Positions 41,387 through 51,539 of a stretch of DNA of 64,000 nucleotides are shown piece by piece (position 1 is the stretch's first letter; every line of letters begins with the position of its first letter). The DNA is from an uncultured Lachnospiraceae bacterium (GTDB lineage: Bacteria; Bacillota; Clostridia; Lachnospirales; Lachnospiraceae), in NCBI GenBank assembly GCA_947174505.1, contig CAMWJF010000012.1, positions 10,607-74,606 of the forward strand, written 5' to 3'. A program made the translations under genes and the position numbers. The notes below the pieces were generated by a model. It made no database searches and was not told the DNA's origin. It worked only from the letters and a program-made list of their open reading frames with translations.

Positions 41387-42386
41387 GCCTGTAATTCCTG
41401 TTCCCTGATTTTTGCTCACTGCGTCGTTTCTCTTTTGCCTCATAATCGTCGTAAGCCTTCACGATCCGCTGCACCAGAGGATGCCTGACCACATCCTTAC
41501 TGCTTAAATTGCAGAAGGAAATATCTTCAATTTTCGACAGCACCCGCACCGCCACGTCAAGCCCGGATTTCATGTCCGGCGCCAGATCCTTCTGCGAAGC
41601 GTCCCCGGTAACCACCACTTTCGAGCCGAAGCCGATTCTCGTAAGAAACATCTTCATCTGTGCCGGTGTGGTGTTCTGCGCCTCATCTAAAATAATATAG
41701 GCATTATCCAGCGTCCGCCCGCGCATATATGCCAGCGGCGCCACCTCGATCAGACCCTTTTCCATATTCCGTGCAAAGCTCTCCGCCCCCATAATCTGGT
41801 AAAGCGCGTCGTAAAGCGGCCGCAGATAAGGGTCTACCTTGCTTTGCAGGTCACCGGGAAGAAAGCCCAGCTTCTCTCCTGCTTCAATGGCCGGCCTCGT
41901 CAGGATAATACGGCTCACCTCATTATTCTTAAAGGCCGTCACCGCCATGGCCATCGCAAGATAAGTTTTTCCCGTACCGGCAGGACCTACCCCGAAAACG
42001 ATCATATTGTCGCGCATGGCGTCCACATACTGCTTCTGTCCCAAGGTCTTTGGTTTGATCGGCTTACCGCTCACGGTATGGCAGATGCAGTCGCTGTCCA
42101 TGGCAAGAAGCATGTCCTCCTTATGCTCCTTACCAAGCTCAATGGCATAATCCACACTCTGTTCCTCCAAAATCGTACCTCTTTTCGACAGGGCAAGAAG
42201 CTCATTTACAATCCGGGCCGCCCTGTCCGTATCTTCCCGCTCCCCGGATATCCGTACCGCACCATCCCGGTCTACGATCATTACGTTCAGATCGTTTTCA
42301 ATTCTTTTGATATGGGAGTCAAACTCCCCGAAAAGATTCCGCATGTGCTCCACCGGCACATCAATACTGACTGTAAACGCGTCCAT
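41376..42386 (-). CDS. phoH: PhoH-family ATPase
   Basis: GPAGTGKT, LGFLPGDL, AYMRGRTL, DEAQN and VVRHPLV. Confidence 0.95.
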   Translation of the reverse strand: MDAFTVSIDVPVEHMRNLFGEFDSHIKRIENDLNVMIVDRDGAVRISGEREDTDRAARIVNELLALSKRGTILEEQSVDYAIELGKEHKEDMLLAMDSDCICHTVSGKPIKPKTLGQKQYVDAMRDNMIVFGVGPAGTGKTYLAMAMAVTAFKNNEVSRIILTRPAIEAGEKLGFLPGDLQSKVDPYLRPLYDALYQIMGAESFARNMEKGLIEVAPLAYMRGRTLDNAYIILDEAQNTTPAQMKMFLTRIGFGSKVVVTGDASQKDLAPDMKSGLDVAVRVLSKIEDISFCNLSSKDVVRHPLVQRIVKAYDDYEAKEKRRSEQKSGNRNYRRGK

Positions 42387-42414
42387 TCCCCGCCTTTCAA
42401 AATCACAGCCTGCA

Positions 42415-43665
42415 TTAGTCCGTCTGTGAGTCCTCCTCCTGATCCGAGTCCTCCACCGGCTCCGTGACGGTTGTCGGCGCCAGTTTCACCGCCGATTCTT
42501 CAAGCTGCATATGGGCATGTAACACCCATTTTTCATCATTCTTTTTTATTGTAACATTTTTTTCTGTAATTTGTACCCCTTTTTCATTTAAAGTTGAGAT
42601 AATTTTTCGAAAGCGCTCCTGCAAAAGCGTTTTCATCTCCTCTTCCGTATGCGTTTTCGGCACGATTTCATATTCCTGCACCGTTCTTTTTCCATAATAC
42701 AAGGGCAGATACAGATGATCCAGAAGCTGTACCTGTTTTTTTTCCTCGCTCGTATCGTAAAAGGCGTAGGGAACCTTTCGAAAACGGAAGGCCACCTCCT
42801 TCTCCCCAGTACCGACTACCGGAATCTCAATGCTCTCACCCGTATAGCATTTCTCATCGTAGGATAACGCTTCCTCCAGAGAAAGATTGCGCGCGTAACT
42901 TAAGGTAATATCTGCATCCGCCTCCACATACTGATATCTGCGGACCGTGGTGTCCTCATTGTAGACGGGGATCGCGCCGCTCACCAGCACATCCCCCTTC
43001 TGCACGCTGTCCCCGCAGGCCACCATGGGAACGCCGCTCCTGGTAATGATATAAGTCACAACGCCGTCCTTTTCGGCTACCAGATCCATGCCCTGGTCTG
43101 CCGCCGCCTTATCCCGGTTGTCGTAGACCGGCATATCGTTTTCCTTGATATGGATCAGGAGTGTCGTGCCGCGAAGCTGCATGGAAGTCCAGGTAATCAG
43201 GTCATAATCCTCCCGGAGCTCCTGCTCAAGCCTTCCGATATCCAGCGCGCTCTTTTTCATGGCGGTATGCACGCCCTTCTCCTCCAGATAATCCATCAGC
43301 ACATCTTCCGTCAGGGCGAAATTCCCCTCTATCTGAATATCCCAGATAAAACGGGAGGCAAGGCACCAGAACAGAATGCAGCAGATAAGCCCCGCCACAA
43401 ACAGCTTCCTTCTCCACATTTTTGATGCAAAAAAGGGCAGGCCGTATTTACCCATAACAGCCACCCTCGTCCCTGTTTTTTTCAGGAGCGGCTTTAGGGC
43501 AAAGAAGCCCGCTATACTGATATGCATGGTATGGTAATCGCCGTGATCCTCGATGTCCCAGACCAGAACATCGTGATTGCCGCAAAGATTTAAAAGACGC
43601 TCCACAGAATAGCCCCACACCTTAACAGTCACATACCCTCTTACATACTGTATCCAATGAAGCAT
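42415..43665 (-). CDS. yqfD: Sporulation protein YqfD
   Basis: ERLLNLC, DLVAEKDGVV and GDVLVSG; yqfC-yqfD-phoH synteny. Confidence 0.9.
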   Translation of the reverse strand: MLHWIQYVRGYVTVKVWGYSVERLLNLCGNHDVLVWDIEDHGDYHTMHISIAGFFALKPLLKKTGTRVAVMGKYGLPFFASKMWRRKLFVAGLICCILFWCLASRFIWDIQIEGNFALTEDVLMDYLEEKGVHTAMKKSALDIGRLEQELREDYDLITWTSMQLRGTTLLIHIKENDMPVYDNRDKAAADQGMDLVAEKDGVVTYIITRSGVPMVACGDSVQKGDVLVSGAIPVYNEDTTVRRYQYVEADADITLSYARNLSLEEALSYDEKCYTGESIEIPVVGTGEKEVAFRFRKVPYAFYDTSEEKKQVQLLDHLYLPLYYGKRTVQEYEIVPKTHTEEEMKTLLQERFRKIISTLNEKGVQITEKNVTIKKNDEKWVLHAHMQLEESAVKLAPTTVTEPVEDSDQEEDSQTD

Positions 43666-43687
43666 AGACCTTCCCCTGCACGCGCGC

Positions 43688-43927
43688 TCAGATATAGCGG
43701 AGCGCGTCGATCTTTCCGCTGATTTTCATGTCTTCATTGGTGTAGTAGTCGATGGACAGGCTGCTTCCCTCAAAACAGATCTTGGCATTCTTGCCCTGCA
43801 GCACAATAGACTCCGTGGTATATTCCAAAATGCCCTTATAATTTTCAATAAAAGCCTCACGGTTTCCCGTAATCGTGACAATAGCTGCTCCCAGCATGGT
43901 ATCCTTGGGAAGTTTTAAGGATTCCAC
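43688..43927 (-). CDS. yqfC: YabP/YqfC-family sporulation protein
   Basis: IENYKGILEYT and ISGKI. GTG start behind AAGGAG (ORF track starts at 43987). Confidence 0.88.
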   Translation of the reverse strand: MESLKLPKDTMLGAAIVTITGNREAFIENYKGILEYTTESIVLQGKNAKICFEGSSLSIDYYTNEDMKISGKIDALRYI

Positions 43928-43992
43928 GATCAGCTCCTTTGATCTGGTAAACGGCGAAAATGATTGGCGTCTGTTCTCTCTTCTCATGTTAC

Positions 43993-44021
43993 ACTATATG
44001 TATCTGCATTTGGATTCATGC
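43993..44021 (-). promoter_or_regulatory. Putative mother-cell sigma (E/K) promoter of yqfC-yqfD
   Basis: GCATG-N16-CATATAGT. yqfCD is sigma-E dependent in Bacillus subtilis. Confidence 0.45.
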
Positions 44022-44127
44022 ACGGAGAATGCGGCGCATTCTCTTGAGTGAAAAAGTCTGCGTAGCAGACTTAGAACTTCTTAGCGAAGCAGCCTCTTCT
44101 GCTGAGCTTTAGAAGTTCTTTTCACTC
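44021..44127. repeat. Family-1 palindromic repeat, copy C (with an extra hairpin)
   Basis: GAGAATGC/GCATTCTC; GAGTGAAA/TTTCACTC; AGAACTTCT/AGAAGTTCT; inserted AAGTCTGC-GTA-GCAGACTT. Abuts the rlmH stop. Confidence 0.88.
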
Positions 44128-44606
44128 TATTTGTGGTAAGGCTCCCCGTTTATAATCCGAAACGCCCGGTAAATCTGCTCCAACAGAACAACCCGCATCA
44201 GCTGGTGCGGGAATGTCATATCCGAAAAGCTGACCGCCAAGTCAGCCCGTCTCTTTATAGAATTATGTAAACCAAGTGAGCCGCCGATCACGAAAACAAT
44301 ATGGCCAACGCCGCTTACGCCAAGCCGCCCGATCTCTCCGGCAAAAGCCTCAGAGGTAAATTTCCGCCCTTCGATCTCCAGCGTCACCACATAAGCGCCA
44401 TCCGGCAGCAGCCTTTCAATGCGCTCACCTTCCTTTTGCAGGATCCGCTCCTTTTCGGTTTCGGAAGCGCCGTCCGGCGTTTTTTCGTCAGCCGTCTCCC
44501 GGATCTCCAGCTTACAGTATCGTCCCAGCCGCTTTTCATACTCGGAAACCGCCTCACGGAAGAACTTCTCCTTCAGTTTACCGACTGTAATCACTGTTAT
44601 CTTCAT
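44127..44606 (-). CDS. rlmH: 23S rRNA (pseudouridine1915-N3)-methyltransferase
   Basis: MKITVITVGKLKEK, FVIGGSLG and TFPHQLMRVVLLEQIYRA..GEPYHK. Confidence 0.96.
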   Translation of the reverse strand: MKITVITVGKLKEKFFREAVSEYEKRLGRYCKLEIRETADEKTPDGASETEKERILQKEGERIERLLPDGAYVVTLEIEGRKFTSEAFAGEIGRLGVSGVGHIVFVIGGSLGLHNSIKRRADLAVSFSDMTFPHQLMRVVLLEQIYRAFRIINGEPYHK

Positions 44607-45084
44607 ACATTTCCTGATAATATCCGTCCACAAAATTGTCCACGAACGCCTCGTCCAGATTCATGAACTTGTCGTCAATGGCCGCCCGCATCCGTTCCGT
44701 GCGCCTGTAGTATCTTTCCTCCTCCGACAGTTCCTCAAGCGTCTCCCCCTCTTCCAGAATCCCAGCGTCTATGGCCGCGCCGTTCAGATTCTCCTGACAC
44801 CATCTGGCGATTTCCGAACGCAGCGAGTTCTCCGATTTCGCCTTCACCAAAAGCAGCTTGGAATCCCGCATGGACACGAAGCCGAACACGATGAAAAGAA
44901 CGAACATCGCGCCCATAACGCCGCAGACCAGATACCTGTTAATGCCGGCATTCCTGTAAACCGGTATCACATTGAAAAAAATCAGCAATACCGCAATAAA
45001 ACCGGCGCCGCCTACCGCCAGAAGTGTGTACGCGGAAGAACGGTTATTCTCCGCCTTTGCTTCGCTGCTTTGATATTGGGGCAT
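44578..45084 (-). CDS. Hypothetical membrane protein (2 TM)
   Basis: 168-aa ORF with two hydrophobic segments; overlaps the rlmH start. Confidence 0.7.
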   Translation of the reverse strand: MPQYQSSEAKAENNRSSAYTLLAVGGAGFIAVLLIFFNVIPVYRNAGINRYLVCGVMGAMFVLFIVFGFVSMRDSKLLLVKAKSENSLRSEIARWCQENLNGAAIDAGILEEGETLEELSEEERYYRRTERMRAAIDDKFMNLDEAFVDNFVDGYYQEMYEDNSDYSR

Positions 45085-45176
45085 AAATTACACCCTCCTT
45101 ATCTTACGAATTGGAAATCCTGCACAAAAAAACATCCGTACGGTTCTATTTTATTATCCTTTTATGCAAATTGCAA

Positions 45177-46241
45177 CTACTTTAGCAGCTCCCTGATACC
45201 CTGGTTCTTATTTTCCGACTGATCGATGTCCAGACAGACGGAAGGATCGTCCTTGTAGCGCCATACAGAGCACTCGCCGATGGCGCTCATATCCCGCCAC
45301 AGTGTAAACACACCTTCCTTTGCAATGCCGTCCCACTCCTGTACATTACCGATGTAATCCACGGTATTGGCGTACATATCCCCATCATAAAGACCATTCT
45401 TGAAAAAGCCGATCACATTCTGCAAAATCCTGCCCTGTGTGGGCGCAAGCTTGGAGATATCCACATCGTAATGCTCTGCGCCTCCACCGTTGGGCAGATT
45501 GTCCGCCCATTCCCCCGAGTAGCTGTGGGACATATAAATACCCATGGCGTTGTCCTTATTTTTCTGGTTGATGTAAAACCGGAACCATGTGCCCCTGCCG
45601 TTTCTTGCCCCGTGGCTCCATTCCCCGAAATAGTAGCTGTTCTTTTCATAGATGGCAAGCCCCGTGCCGTGCGGTTTTCCCTCGCTGTCCACATCCCCCT
45701 GATAATAGTAATCCCCGGTATCCTCAAGCCCCTTGGAGAGCTTCACATAGCGTTTTAAGTGAGCCAGATCCCAGATGGCATCCTGGTTGTTGTCCTCAAA
45801 GAACGGATAAGCTTCCTTTAAAATATATTCCTTCGTGTACGCCTCGTCGTTTTCATCCTCAATATCCACCACAATGGCTGTTTTATCATCATCTGCGGAA
45901 GACGGTTCTTCTTCCGTTTCCTCTTCTTCCTCATCCGTTTCCGTCTCTTCGGCAGCGGGGAGCTCCGCCGTCTGCCTGTTCTCCTCTTCCAGCATCTGCT
46001 CTTCCAGCTCCTGCTGTTTTCTTGCATAGTCCGTGATGCTCTGCTGGAGATCCTGGTCCGCCTTGTCCTGACTGCCCTGCCGGTTACTGACCACTATGGT
46101 AAGCAGAATCAGAATAAAAATCAGAAGAACGGCAATGACACCCAGAAGCACCTTCGTCGTCACCGTCTTCTGCAGCAGGTTCTCCGCCCCTTCCTCCTGT
46201 TCTTCCCATTTCTTATCATTGTCTGAATCAGTCAATTTCAT
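45177..46241 (-). CDS. Single-TM protein with coiled/acidic linker and MORN-like repeats
   Basis: Repeated YxGxW/F..G..xGxG units. Start at MKLTD behind GGAG (ORF track starts at 46373). Confidence 0.65.
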   Translation of the reverse strand: MKLTDSDNDKKWEEQEEGAENLLQKTVTTKVLLGVIAVLLIFILILLTIVVSNRQGSQDKADQDLQQSITDYARKQQELEEQMLEEENRQTAELPAAEETETDEEEEETEEEPSSADDDKTAIVVDIEDENDEAYTKEYILKEAYPFFEDNNQDAIWDLAHLKRYVKLSKGLEDTGDYYYQGDVDSEGKPHGTGLAIYEKNSYYFGEWSHGARNGRGTWFRFYINQKNKDNAMGIYMSHSYSGEWADNLPNGGGAEHYDVDISKLAPTQGRILQNVIGFFKNGLYDGDMYANTVDYIGNVQEWDGIAKEGVFTLWRDMSAIGECSVWRYKDDPSVCLDIDQSENKNQGIRELLK

Positions 46242-46420
46242 AAATTCTCCACACCTTTCTTTCCAATGCCGTCTCCGCCCTGCACCCATATCTTTTCTGT
46301 ATTTTTCCGTATCCTCGCAGTTGACCTGCTTTTTTTCATCATAGCGTACAGATATAAAGATTGTGTCATGCAAATTATTAAGAATTTCTTAGAAAAAATC
46401 GCCGTTCGGCAGCGAACATT

Positions 46421-46466
46421 ATTTCCTATAGAATGAAAAACTGCCCGCCGCTTTCCGGCAGGCAGA
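46421..46466 (-). terminator. Intrinsic terminator of nfnAB
   Basis: CTGCC...GCCG/CGGC...GGCAG hairpin followed by TTTTTCATTCTATAGGAAAT. Confidence 0.7.
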
Positions 46467-46483
46467 TGACTGTCTGTTCTGTC

Positions 46484-47872
46484 CTATCTGGAGAGATATT
46501 CGTCGATGCCCTTTGCGGCCGCCTTTCCGGCTCCCATGGCAAGGATCACGGTGGCCGCTCCCGTCACCGCATCGCCGCCCGCATAGACGCCCTCTTTCGT
46601 GGTTGCGCCGAAGTCCTCCTCGGCCACGATACACTTGTGCTTATTGACCTCAAGCCCCTTTGTAGTAGAAGAAATCAGCGGATTCGGGGAAGTGCCAAGC
46701 GACATGATAACCGTATCCACTTCCATCAAAAACTCCGATCCCTCAATCACCACCGGGCGGCGTCTGCCGGATGCATCAGGCTCGCCAAGCTCCATGCGCA
46801 CGCACTTCATGCCGGACACCCATCCGTTCTCATCCGCAACGATTTCCGTAGGATTGGTCAGAAGGTCGAAAATGATTCCCTCCTCCTTCGCATGATGTAC
46901 CTCCTCCACACGGGCAGGCAGCTCTTCCTCACTCCGGCGGTATACGATATGCACCTCCGCGCCAAGACGGAGCGCGGTTCTCGCGGCGTCCATCGCCACG
47001 TTGCCGCCGCCTACGACGGCTACCTTTTTCCCGCACATAATGGGCGTATTGGAGGACTCGTCAAAGGCCTTCATCAGATTGCTTCTTGTCAGGTACTCGT
47101 TGGCGGAGAACACGCCAAGCGCCTGCTCTCCGGGAATCCCCATAAACTTCGGAAGACCCGCGCCGGAACCGATGAATACGGCGTCAAAGCCCTCGTCCTC
47201 CATCAGCTCGTCAATGGTGACGGATTTTCCCACCACCACGTTGGTCTCTATCTTCACGCCGAGACTCTTTACGTTCTCAATCTCCTTGGCCACCACGTCC
47301 TGCTTTGGCAGACGGAACTCCGGAATACCGTAAACAAGAACGCCGCCCGGCTCATGAAGCGCCTCAAAAATCGTCACATCGTAGCCCGTCTTCGCCAGAT
47401 CGCCCGCACAGGTCAGACCCGCAGGGCCGGAACCGATCACGGCTACCTTTTTGCCCTTCTTTTCCGCCGCGCCTTCGGGCTTTACGCCGTTTTCCCTGGC
47501 CCAGTCAGCCACGAACCGCTCCAGCTTGCCGATGGAGACAGGCTCGCCCTTAATGCCCCGGATGCACTTGCCCTCACACTGGCTTTCCTGCGGGCATACA
47601 CGGCCACAGACAGCCGGAAGCGCAGAAGCCTCGCTGATTACCTGATAAGCGGCGGCGATATCGCCCTCCTTCACCTTCTCAATAAATCCGGGAATATTGA
47701 TAGCGACGGGACATCCCTTGATACACTGTGCATTCTTACAGTTGATGCAGCGGGTTGCCTCGCACATCGCCTCCTCTTTATCATAACCGAGACACACTTC
47801 CCCGAAATTCGCCGCACGGACTTTTGCGTCCTGTTCCCGGACGGGAACTTTCTTTAACACATCTGCTTCCAT
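46484..47872 (-). CDS. nfnB: NfnB / small-subunit glutamate-synthase-like flavoprotein
   Basis: RCINC...CPV, GRVCPQESQC, GSGPAG, YGIPEFRLPK, GGGNVAMD and YRR. Paired with nfnA. Start at MEADV. Confidence 0.8.
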   Translation of the reverse strand: MEADVLKKVPVREQDAKVRAANFGEVCLGYDKEEAMCEATRCINCKNAQCIKGCPVAINIPGFIEKVKEGDIAAAYQVISEASALPAVCGRVCPQESQCEGKCIRGIKGEPVSIGKLERFVADWARENGVKPEGAAEKKGKKVAVIGSGPAGLTCAGDLAKTGYDVTIFEALHEPGGVLVYGIPEFRLPKQDVVAKEIENVKSLGVKIETNVVVGKSVTIDELMEDEGFDAVFIGSGAGLPKFMGIPGEQALGVFSANEYLTRSNLMKAFDESSNTPIMCGKKVAVVGGGNVAMDAARTALRLGAEVHIVYRRSEEELPARVEEVHHAKEEGIIFDLLTNPTEIVADENGWVSGMKCVRMELGEPDASGRRRPVVIEGSEFLMEVDTVIMSLGTSPNPLISSTTKGLEVNKHKCIVAEEDFGATTKEGVYAGGDAVTGAATVILAMGAGKAAAKGIDEYLSR

Positions 47873-47909
47873 TTTTTCCTCATTTCTGCGCTGCCTTTCG
47901 TACTTCACC

Positions 47910-47970
47910 GAGTTTGTGTCAAGCAACGCGCAGACACAAATCTCGCGATTGAAAATTTTAATTTTCAATC
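47910..47970. repeat. Tandem-hairpin element (family 2) overlapping the nfnA stop
   Basis: TTTGTGTC/GACACAAA (47913-47940) and GATTGAAAATT/AATTTTCAATC (47947-47970). Confidence 0.75.
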
Positions 47971-48855
47971 TGACCTACCGCAATTTCCGCACCCGCCATG
48001 ATGGGTGTCTCCCTCTTTGGCCTTTAAGAAGTCCCTGCCTTCCTTCGTCTTATACATCTGCTGGCGCTTCATCGCCTGGTCGAAATCCACCTTATGACCG
48101 TCAAACTCCGGGCCGTCCACACAGGCAAACTTCACTTCCCCGTCCACGGTCAGACGGCAGGCGCCGCACATACCCGTGCCGTCCACCATGATGGGATTCA
48201 TGCTGACAACAGTGGGCAGCTCATATTTTTTCGTGGTCAGGCAGACAAATTTCATCATAATCATAGGCCCGATCGCCACGCATACGTCGTAAGATTTTCC
48301 TTCAGATTCAATCAGATCCTCAATCACCTTCGTCACCATACCGCTTCTTCCGTAGGAGCCGTCGTCGGTGGTAATATAGAGGTTTCCGGCCACTGCCTTC
48401 ATCTCCTCTTCCATAATGAGCAGATCCTTCGTCTTTGCGCCAACGATCACATCCGCGTCAACGCCTCTCTCATGCAGCCATTTTACCTGAGGGTAAACGG
48501 GCGCCGTGCCAAGTCCCCCCGCTACAAAGAGAATCTTTTTCTCCTTAAGCGCCTGTATATCTTCATCCACAAACTCGGAAGGGCAGCCAAGCGGCCCTAC
48601 GAAGTCCTGGAAACTGTCTCCTGCTTTCAGGCTGCGCATCATCTCTGTAGCAGCGCCAACCACCTGAAATACGATGGTGACGGTTCCCTTTTCCCTGTCA
48701 TAGTCACAGATCGTCAGGGGAATCCGCTCTCCCTCCGCATCCATTCTGACAATGACAAACTGTCCCGGCTGGCATGACTTCGCCACGCGGGGCGCTTCCA
48801 CGTCCATGAGATAGATATTCGCTGCAAGTTCTTCTGCTCTTATAATCCTATACAT
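47965..48855 (-). CDS. nfnA: NfnA (PyrK-like FAD/2Fe-2S subunit)
   Basis: PGQFVIVR, ERIPLT, GGLGTAP and MVDGTGMCGACR..CVDGPEF. Confidence 0.85.
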   Translation of the reverse strand: MYRIIRAEELAANIYLMDVEAPRVAKSCQPGQFVIVRMDAEGERIPLTICDYDREKGTVTIVFQVVGAATEMMRSLKAGDSFQDFVGPLGCPSEFVDEDIQALKEKKILFVAGGLGTAPVYPQVKWLHERGVDADVIVGAKTKDLLIMEEEMKAVAGNLYITTDDGSYGRSGMVTKVIEDLIESEGKSYDVCVAIGPMIMMKFVCLTTKKYELPTVVSMNPIMVDGTGMCGACRLTVDGEVKFACVDGPEFDGHKVDFDQAMKRQQMYKTKEGRDFLKAKEGDTHHGGCGNCGRSD

Positions 48856-48988
48856 CTCAACACTCCTTTTCTTTTATCCGAACTATTCCATAATAGCGAA
48901 ACTTACCGAATTTTGCAAGATATATTATTTGGCATCCGCATCTGCCCTGTAAGCGCCTTTTCCAGACGGCACGGGCTGCACTTTTACG

Positions 48989-50422
48989 CTATAGCAGATT
49001 CGCCATAAAATTCCCGGCCTCATCATAGCCTAGCTGCGCCGCCGCCCCGGTGTAAACCTGTACCAGAAAAACCTTGTCCGTGCGGCTTAAAAGTCCCGTA
49101 CCGTCGTCATAATACTCATTGATGGTATAATAATCTTCCCCTCCCACCAGGAGCACGGAACTGAACTGATAGCTTAAGACGCCGGTCTGCCTGGGATTAT
49201 TCCCTGCCGCATCATACAGATACCCGGTCTCCACCAGTCGGTTGACCAGATTGGTCACCGCCGTTTCTGTGGGTATGGCTCCCCGCAGCCTGAGTGTAAA
49301 GGTGCGCGTCGTCACCTCGCTGGCAATTCCCTCGCTGCTGATGTTTACGAACTTAAACAGCGTCTTTCCGAGGGGCATGGGAATCGGACCCGTATAGGGC
49401 ACGCTGTCCGCCGTCGGCTCCGACTCATCCGTTGTGTAAAAAGTCTTACAGTCTTCCGCCGGCTCCACGGCAATCATTGTCGCCTCTGTATATTCACCGC
49501 TGTAAAGTGCAACTACCGGGGCATTCGGCACGGACAGATTGATCACATAGGTTTTCGTGACGATATCGCTCTCAATGCCGTAATCATTTACAAAAAAGGC
49601 GCTGACCGTATATTCCCCCGTTTCCAGAAAGAGGGGCGACGTATAAATCTGGCTGTTCTTGTCAGGCTTTGATCCGTCCATGGTGTAGTAAATCGTCCCC
49701 GCCGTGTTGGAACTCAGCTTCAGCGGAATCACCTCCGCATAGCTCCCCTCCACATAACTGAACTCCGGCTCCATGGCCAGATAGCCCTGGAACATGCTCA
49801 CGATCCGCTCATTCTCACAGGCCCGCAGCAATTCATTAATCAGCCCGTATTCTTTCTGATTGGCGTAAATCGTAACAATCTTCCCATAAGCCTCTTCCAC
49901 GTCCTCGTCCGAATATCTTGGCGCGGTGTCCGTGTCAATGATTTTCATAAGAGCCGACAGCGCGTAATTGTCCATCTGCTGCAGATAATAATAATCTGCC
50001 TCCAGAAAAAGAATCCTTGCCTCCTCTGGATAATCCGCATAGGCTGTCTCCAGACAGGCGATGGCCTCACTGTAAGCGCCCTTTGCCGCATAGTCCAAGG
50101 CTTTGTTGATCTGATAGTCCACCGTATGGATATGGTAGACATAGAGCGCATAAGAAATAAGCGCCACCAGAAGAAGAATCGCAAATGCAAGAATTACCTG
50201 CGGTTTTCGACTCGTCTTCCCTTCCCTGACGGTCTCATTCTCTGCGTCGGCGTTCTCCCCAGTATCCGGCTCCTCCTGCGAGGAGACAAGCGTGGAGAGC
50301 GTTTCCGTTATGCTGTTTTCTATTTCCGGTTCAAAATCCGGAACGATCCGTATCTCCTCTCCGCACTTGTCACAGAGCAGATAACCGTCCGGCATTTCAT
50401 GTCCGCAATGGGGGCACTTCAT
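48989..50422 (-). CDS. Zinc-ribbon / TM / TPR-like / Fn3-associated domain protein
   Basis: CPHCG..CDKCG, a TM helix, and two IYYTxDGSxP repeats. Confidence 0.75.
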   Translation of the reverse strand: MKCPHCGHEMPDGYLLCDKCGEEIRIVPDFEPEIENSITETLSTLVSSQEEPDTGENADAENETVREGKTSRKPQVILAFAILLLVALISYALYVYHIHTVDYQINKALDYAAKGAYSEAIACLETAYADYPEEARILFLEADYYYLQQMDNYALSALMKIIDTDTAPRYSDEDVEEAYGKIVTIYANQKEYGLINELLRACENERIVSMFQGYLAMEPEFSYVEGSYAEVIPLKLSSNTAGTIYYTMDGSKPDKNSQIYTSPLFLETGEYTVSAFFVNDYGIESDIVTKTYVINLSVPNAPVVALYSGEYTEATMIAVEPAEDCKTFYTTDESEPTADSVPYTGPIPMPLGKTLFKFVNISSEGIASEVTTRTFTLRLRGAIPTETAVTNLVNRLVETGYLYDAAGNNPRQTGVLSYQFSSVLLVGGEDYYTINEYYDDGTGLLSRTDKVFLVQVYTGAAAQLGYDEAGNFMANLL

Positions 50423-50546
50423 AGGCCGTTCCCTTCTTCCTATGTTTCCGTTCTCCTGATTCCACCGCTGCATGTCCGCCTGTTGCCATTCACACCCATG
50501 CCAACTTCATATCTGCACGAACCTTTGGTGCGAAAAAGCAGCCTCC

Positions 50547-51386
50547 TTACAGGGACACAGAATTCGCACAGTTATACATGAGCATGGCAATCGTCATGGG
50601 GCCGACGCCTCCGGGCACCGGCGTAATCGCGCCGCACACAGGTGCCACATCCTCATAGTCCACATCGCCGCAGAGCTTATTGTTTTCATTCCGGTGAATG
50701 CCCACGTCGATCACCACAGCGCCTTCCTTCACATATTCTCTCGTGATCATCTTCGGCTTTCCCACCGCCACCACGAGAATGTCGGCGCGCTTCGTCACTT
50801 CCCGCAAATCCCTGGTCCGGGAATGGGCCACCGTCACCGTACCGTTCTCCCGAAGCAGCAAAAGCGCCATGGGCTTTCCGACAATGTTGCTTCTGCCGAT
50901 CACCACACACTCTTTTCCCGCAATCTCTATTCCCGAACGCTTCAAAAGCTGGATGATTCCGGCAGGCGTACAGGACACAAACCCCGGCTGTCCGATGCAG
51001 AGCGCACCCACGCTCTGGGGATGAAAGCCGTCCACGTCCTTTTTCGGGTCAATGGCGCGGATTACCGCATCCTCATCGATCTGTTCCGGCAGAGGAAGCT
51101 GCACCAGAATACCGTTTACATCTTCCCTGGCATTCAATTCCCGGATCAGCTCTAAAAGCTCCTCCTGTGTCGTCTCCGCCGCAAGCTCGTAGGAAAGGGA
51201 CTCGATACCCACATAGGCGCAGGCCTTCTTTTTATTCCCTACATAAACGCTGGAGGCCGGATCGTCTCCTACCTGTATCACCGCGAGGCATACCTTTTTC
51301 CCCTGCGTGTTAAGCGCTGCAATCTGCGCTTTCACCTCGTCCTTAATCTGCGCCGAGATAGCTTTTCCGTCTATAATCTGTGGCAT
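50547..51386 (-). CDS. folD: Methylene-THF dehydrogenase/cyclohydrolase
   Basis: KDVDGFHP, CTPAG, GRSNIVGKP and TPVPGGVGPMT. Confidence 0.97.
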   Translation of the reverse strand: MPQIIDGKAISAQIKDEVKAQIAALNTQGKKVCLAVIQVGDDPASSVYVGNKKKACAYVGIESLSYELAAETTQEELLELIRELNAREDVNGILVQLPLPEQIDEDAVIRAIDPKKDVDGFHPQSVGALCIGQPGFVSCTPAGIIQLLKRSGIEIAGKECVVIGRSNIVGKPMALLLLRENGTVTVAHSRTRDLREVTKRADILVVAVGKPKMITREYVKEGAVVIDVGIHRNENNKLCGDVDYEDVAPVCGAITPVPGGVGPMTIAMLMYNCANSVSL

Positions 51387-51443
51387 TTTTCCTCCTTAAG
51401 GAGCACTTTGTGCATCCCTTTCCTTTTTCCGTATTTCGAATTC

Positions 51444-51539
51444 GTGCGGAGAATCCGTTTTTGGCATTCTCCTATGTGAGACTTAGAATTTCTTCGCGAA
51501 ACAGCCTCTGCTGTGAGCGATTAGAAATTCTTCTCACAT
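51444..51539. repeat. Family-1 palindromic repeat, copy D (fhs-folD)
   Basis: GGAGAAT/ATTCTCC; ATGTGAGA/TCTCACAT; AGAATTTCT/AGAAATTCT; ACAGC/GCTGT. Abuts the fhs stop. Confidence 0.9.

Noticed and set aside
46433-47857. Long plus-strand ORFs opposite real genes (for example 46433-47857, 53904-54950, 36161-37132, 1108-2022, 17902-18777)
   Set aside because: These are antisense shadows of well-conserved minus-strand genes, with no RBS or recognisable motifs. They are expected at this GC content.
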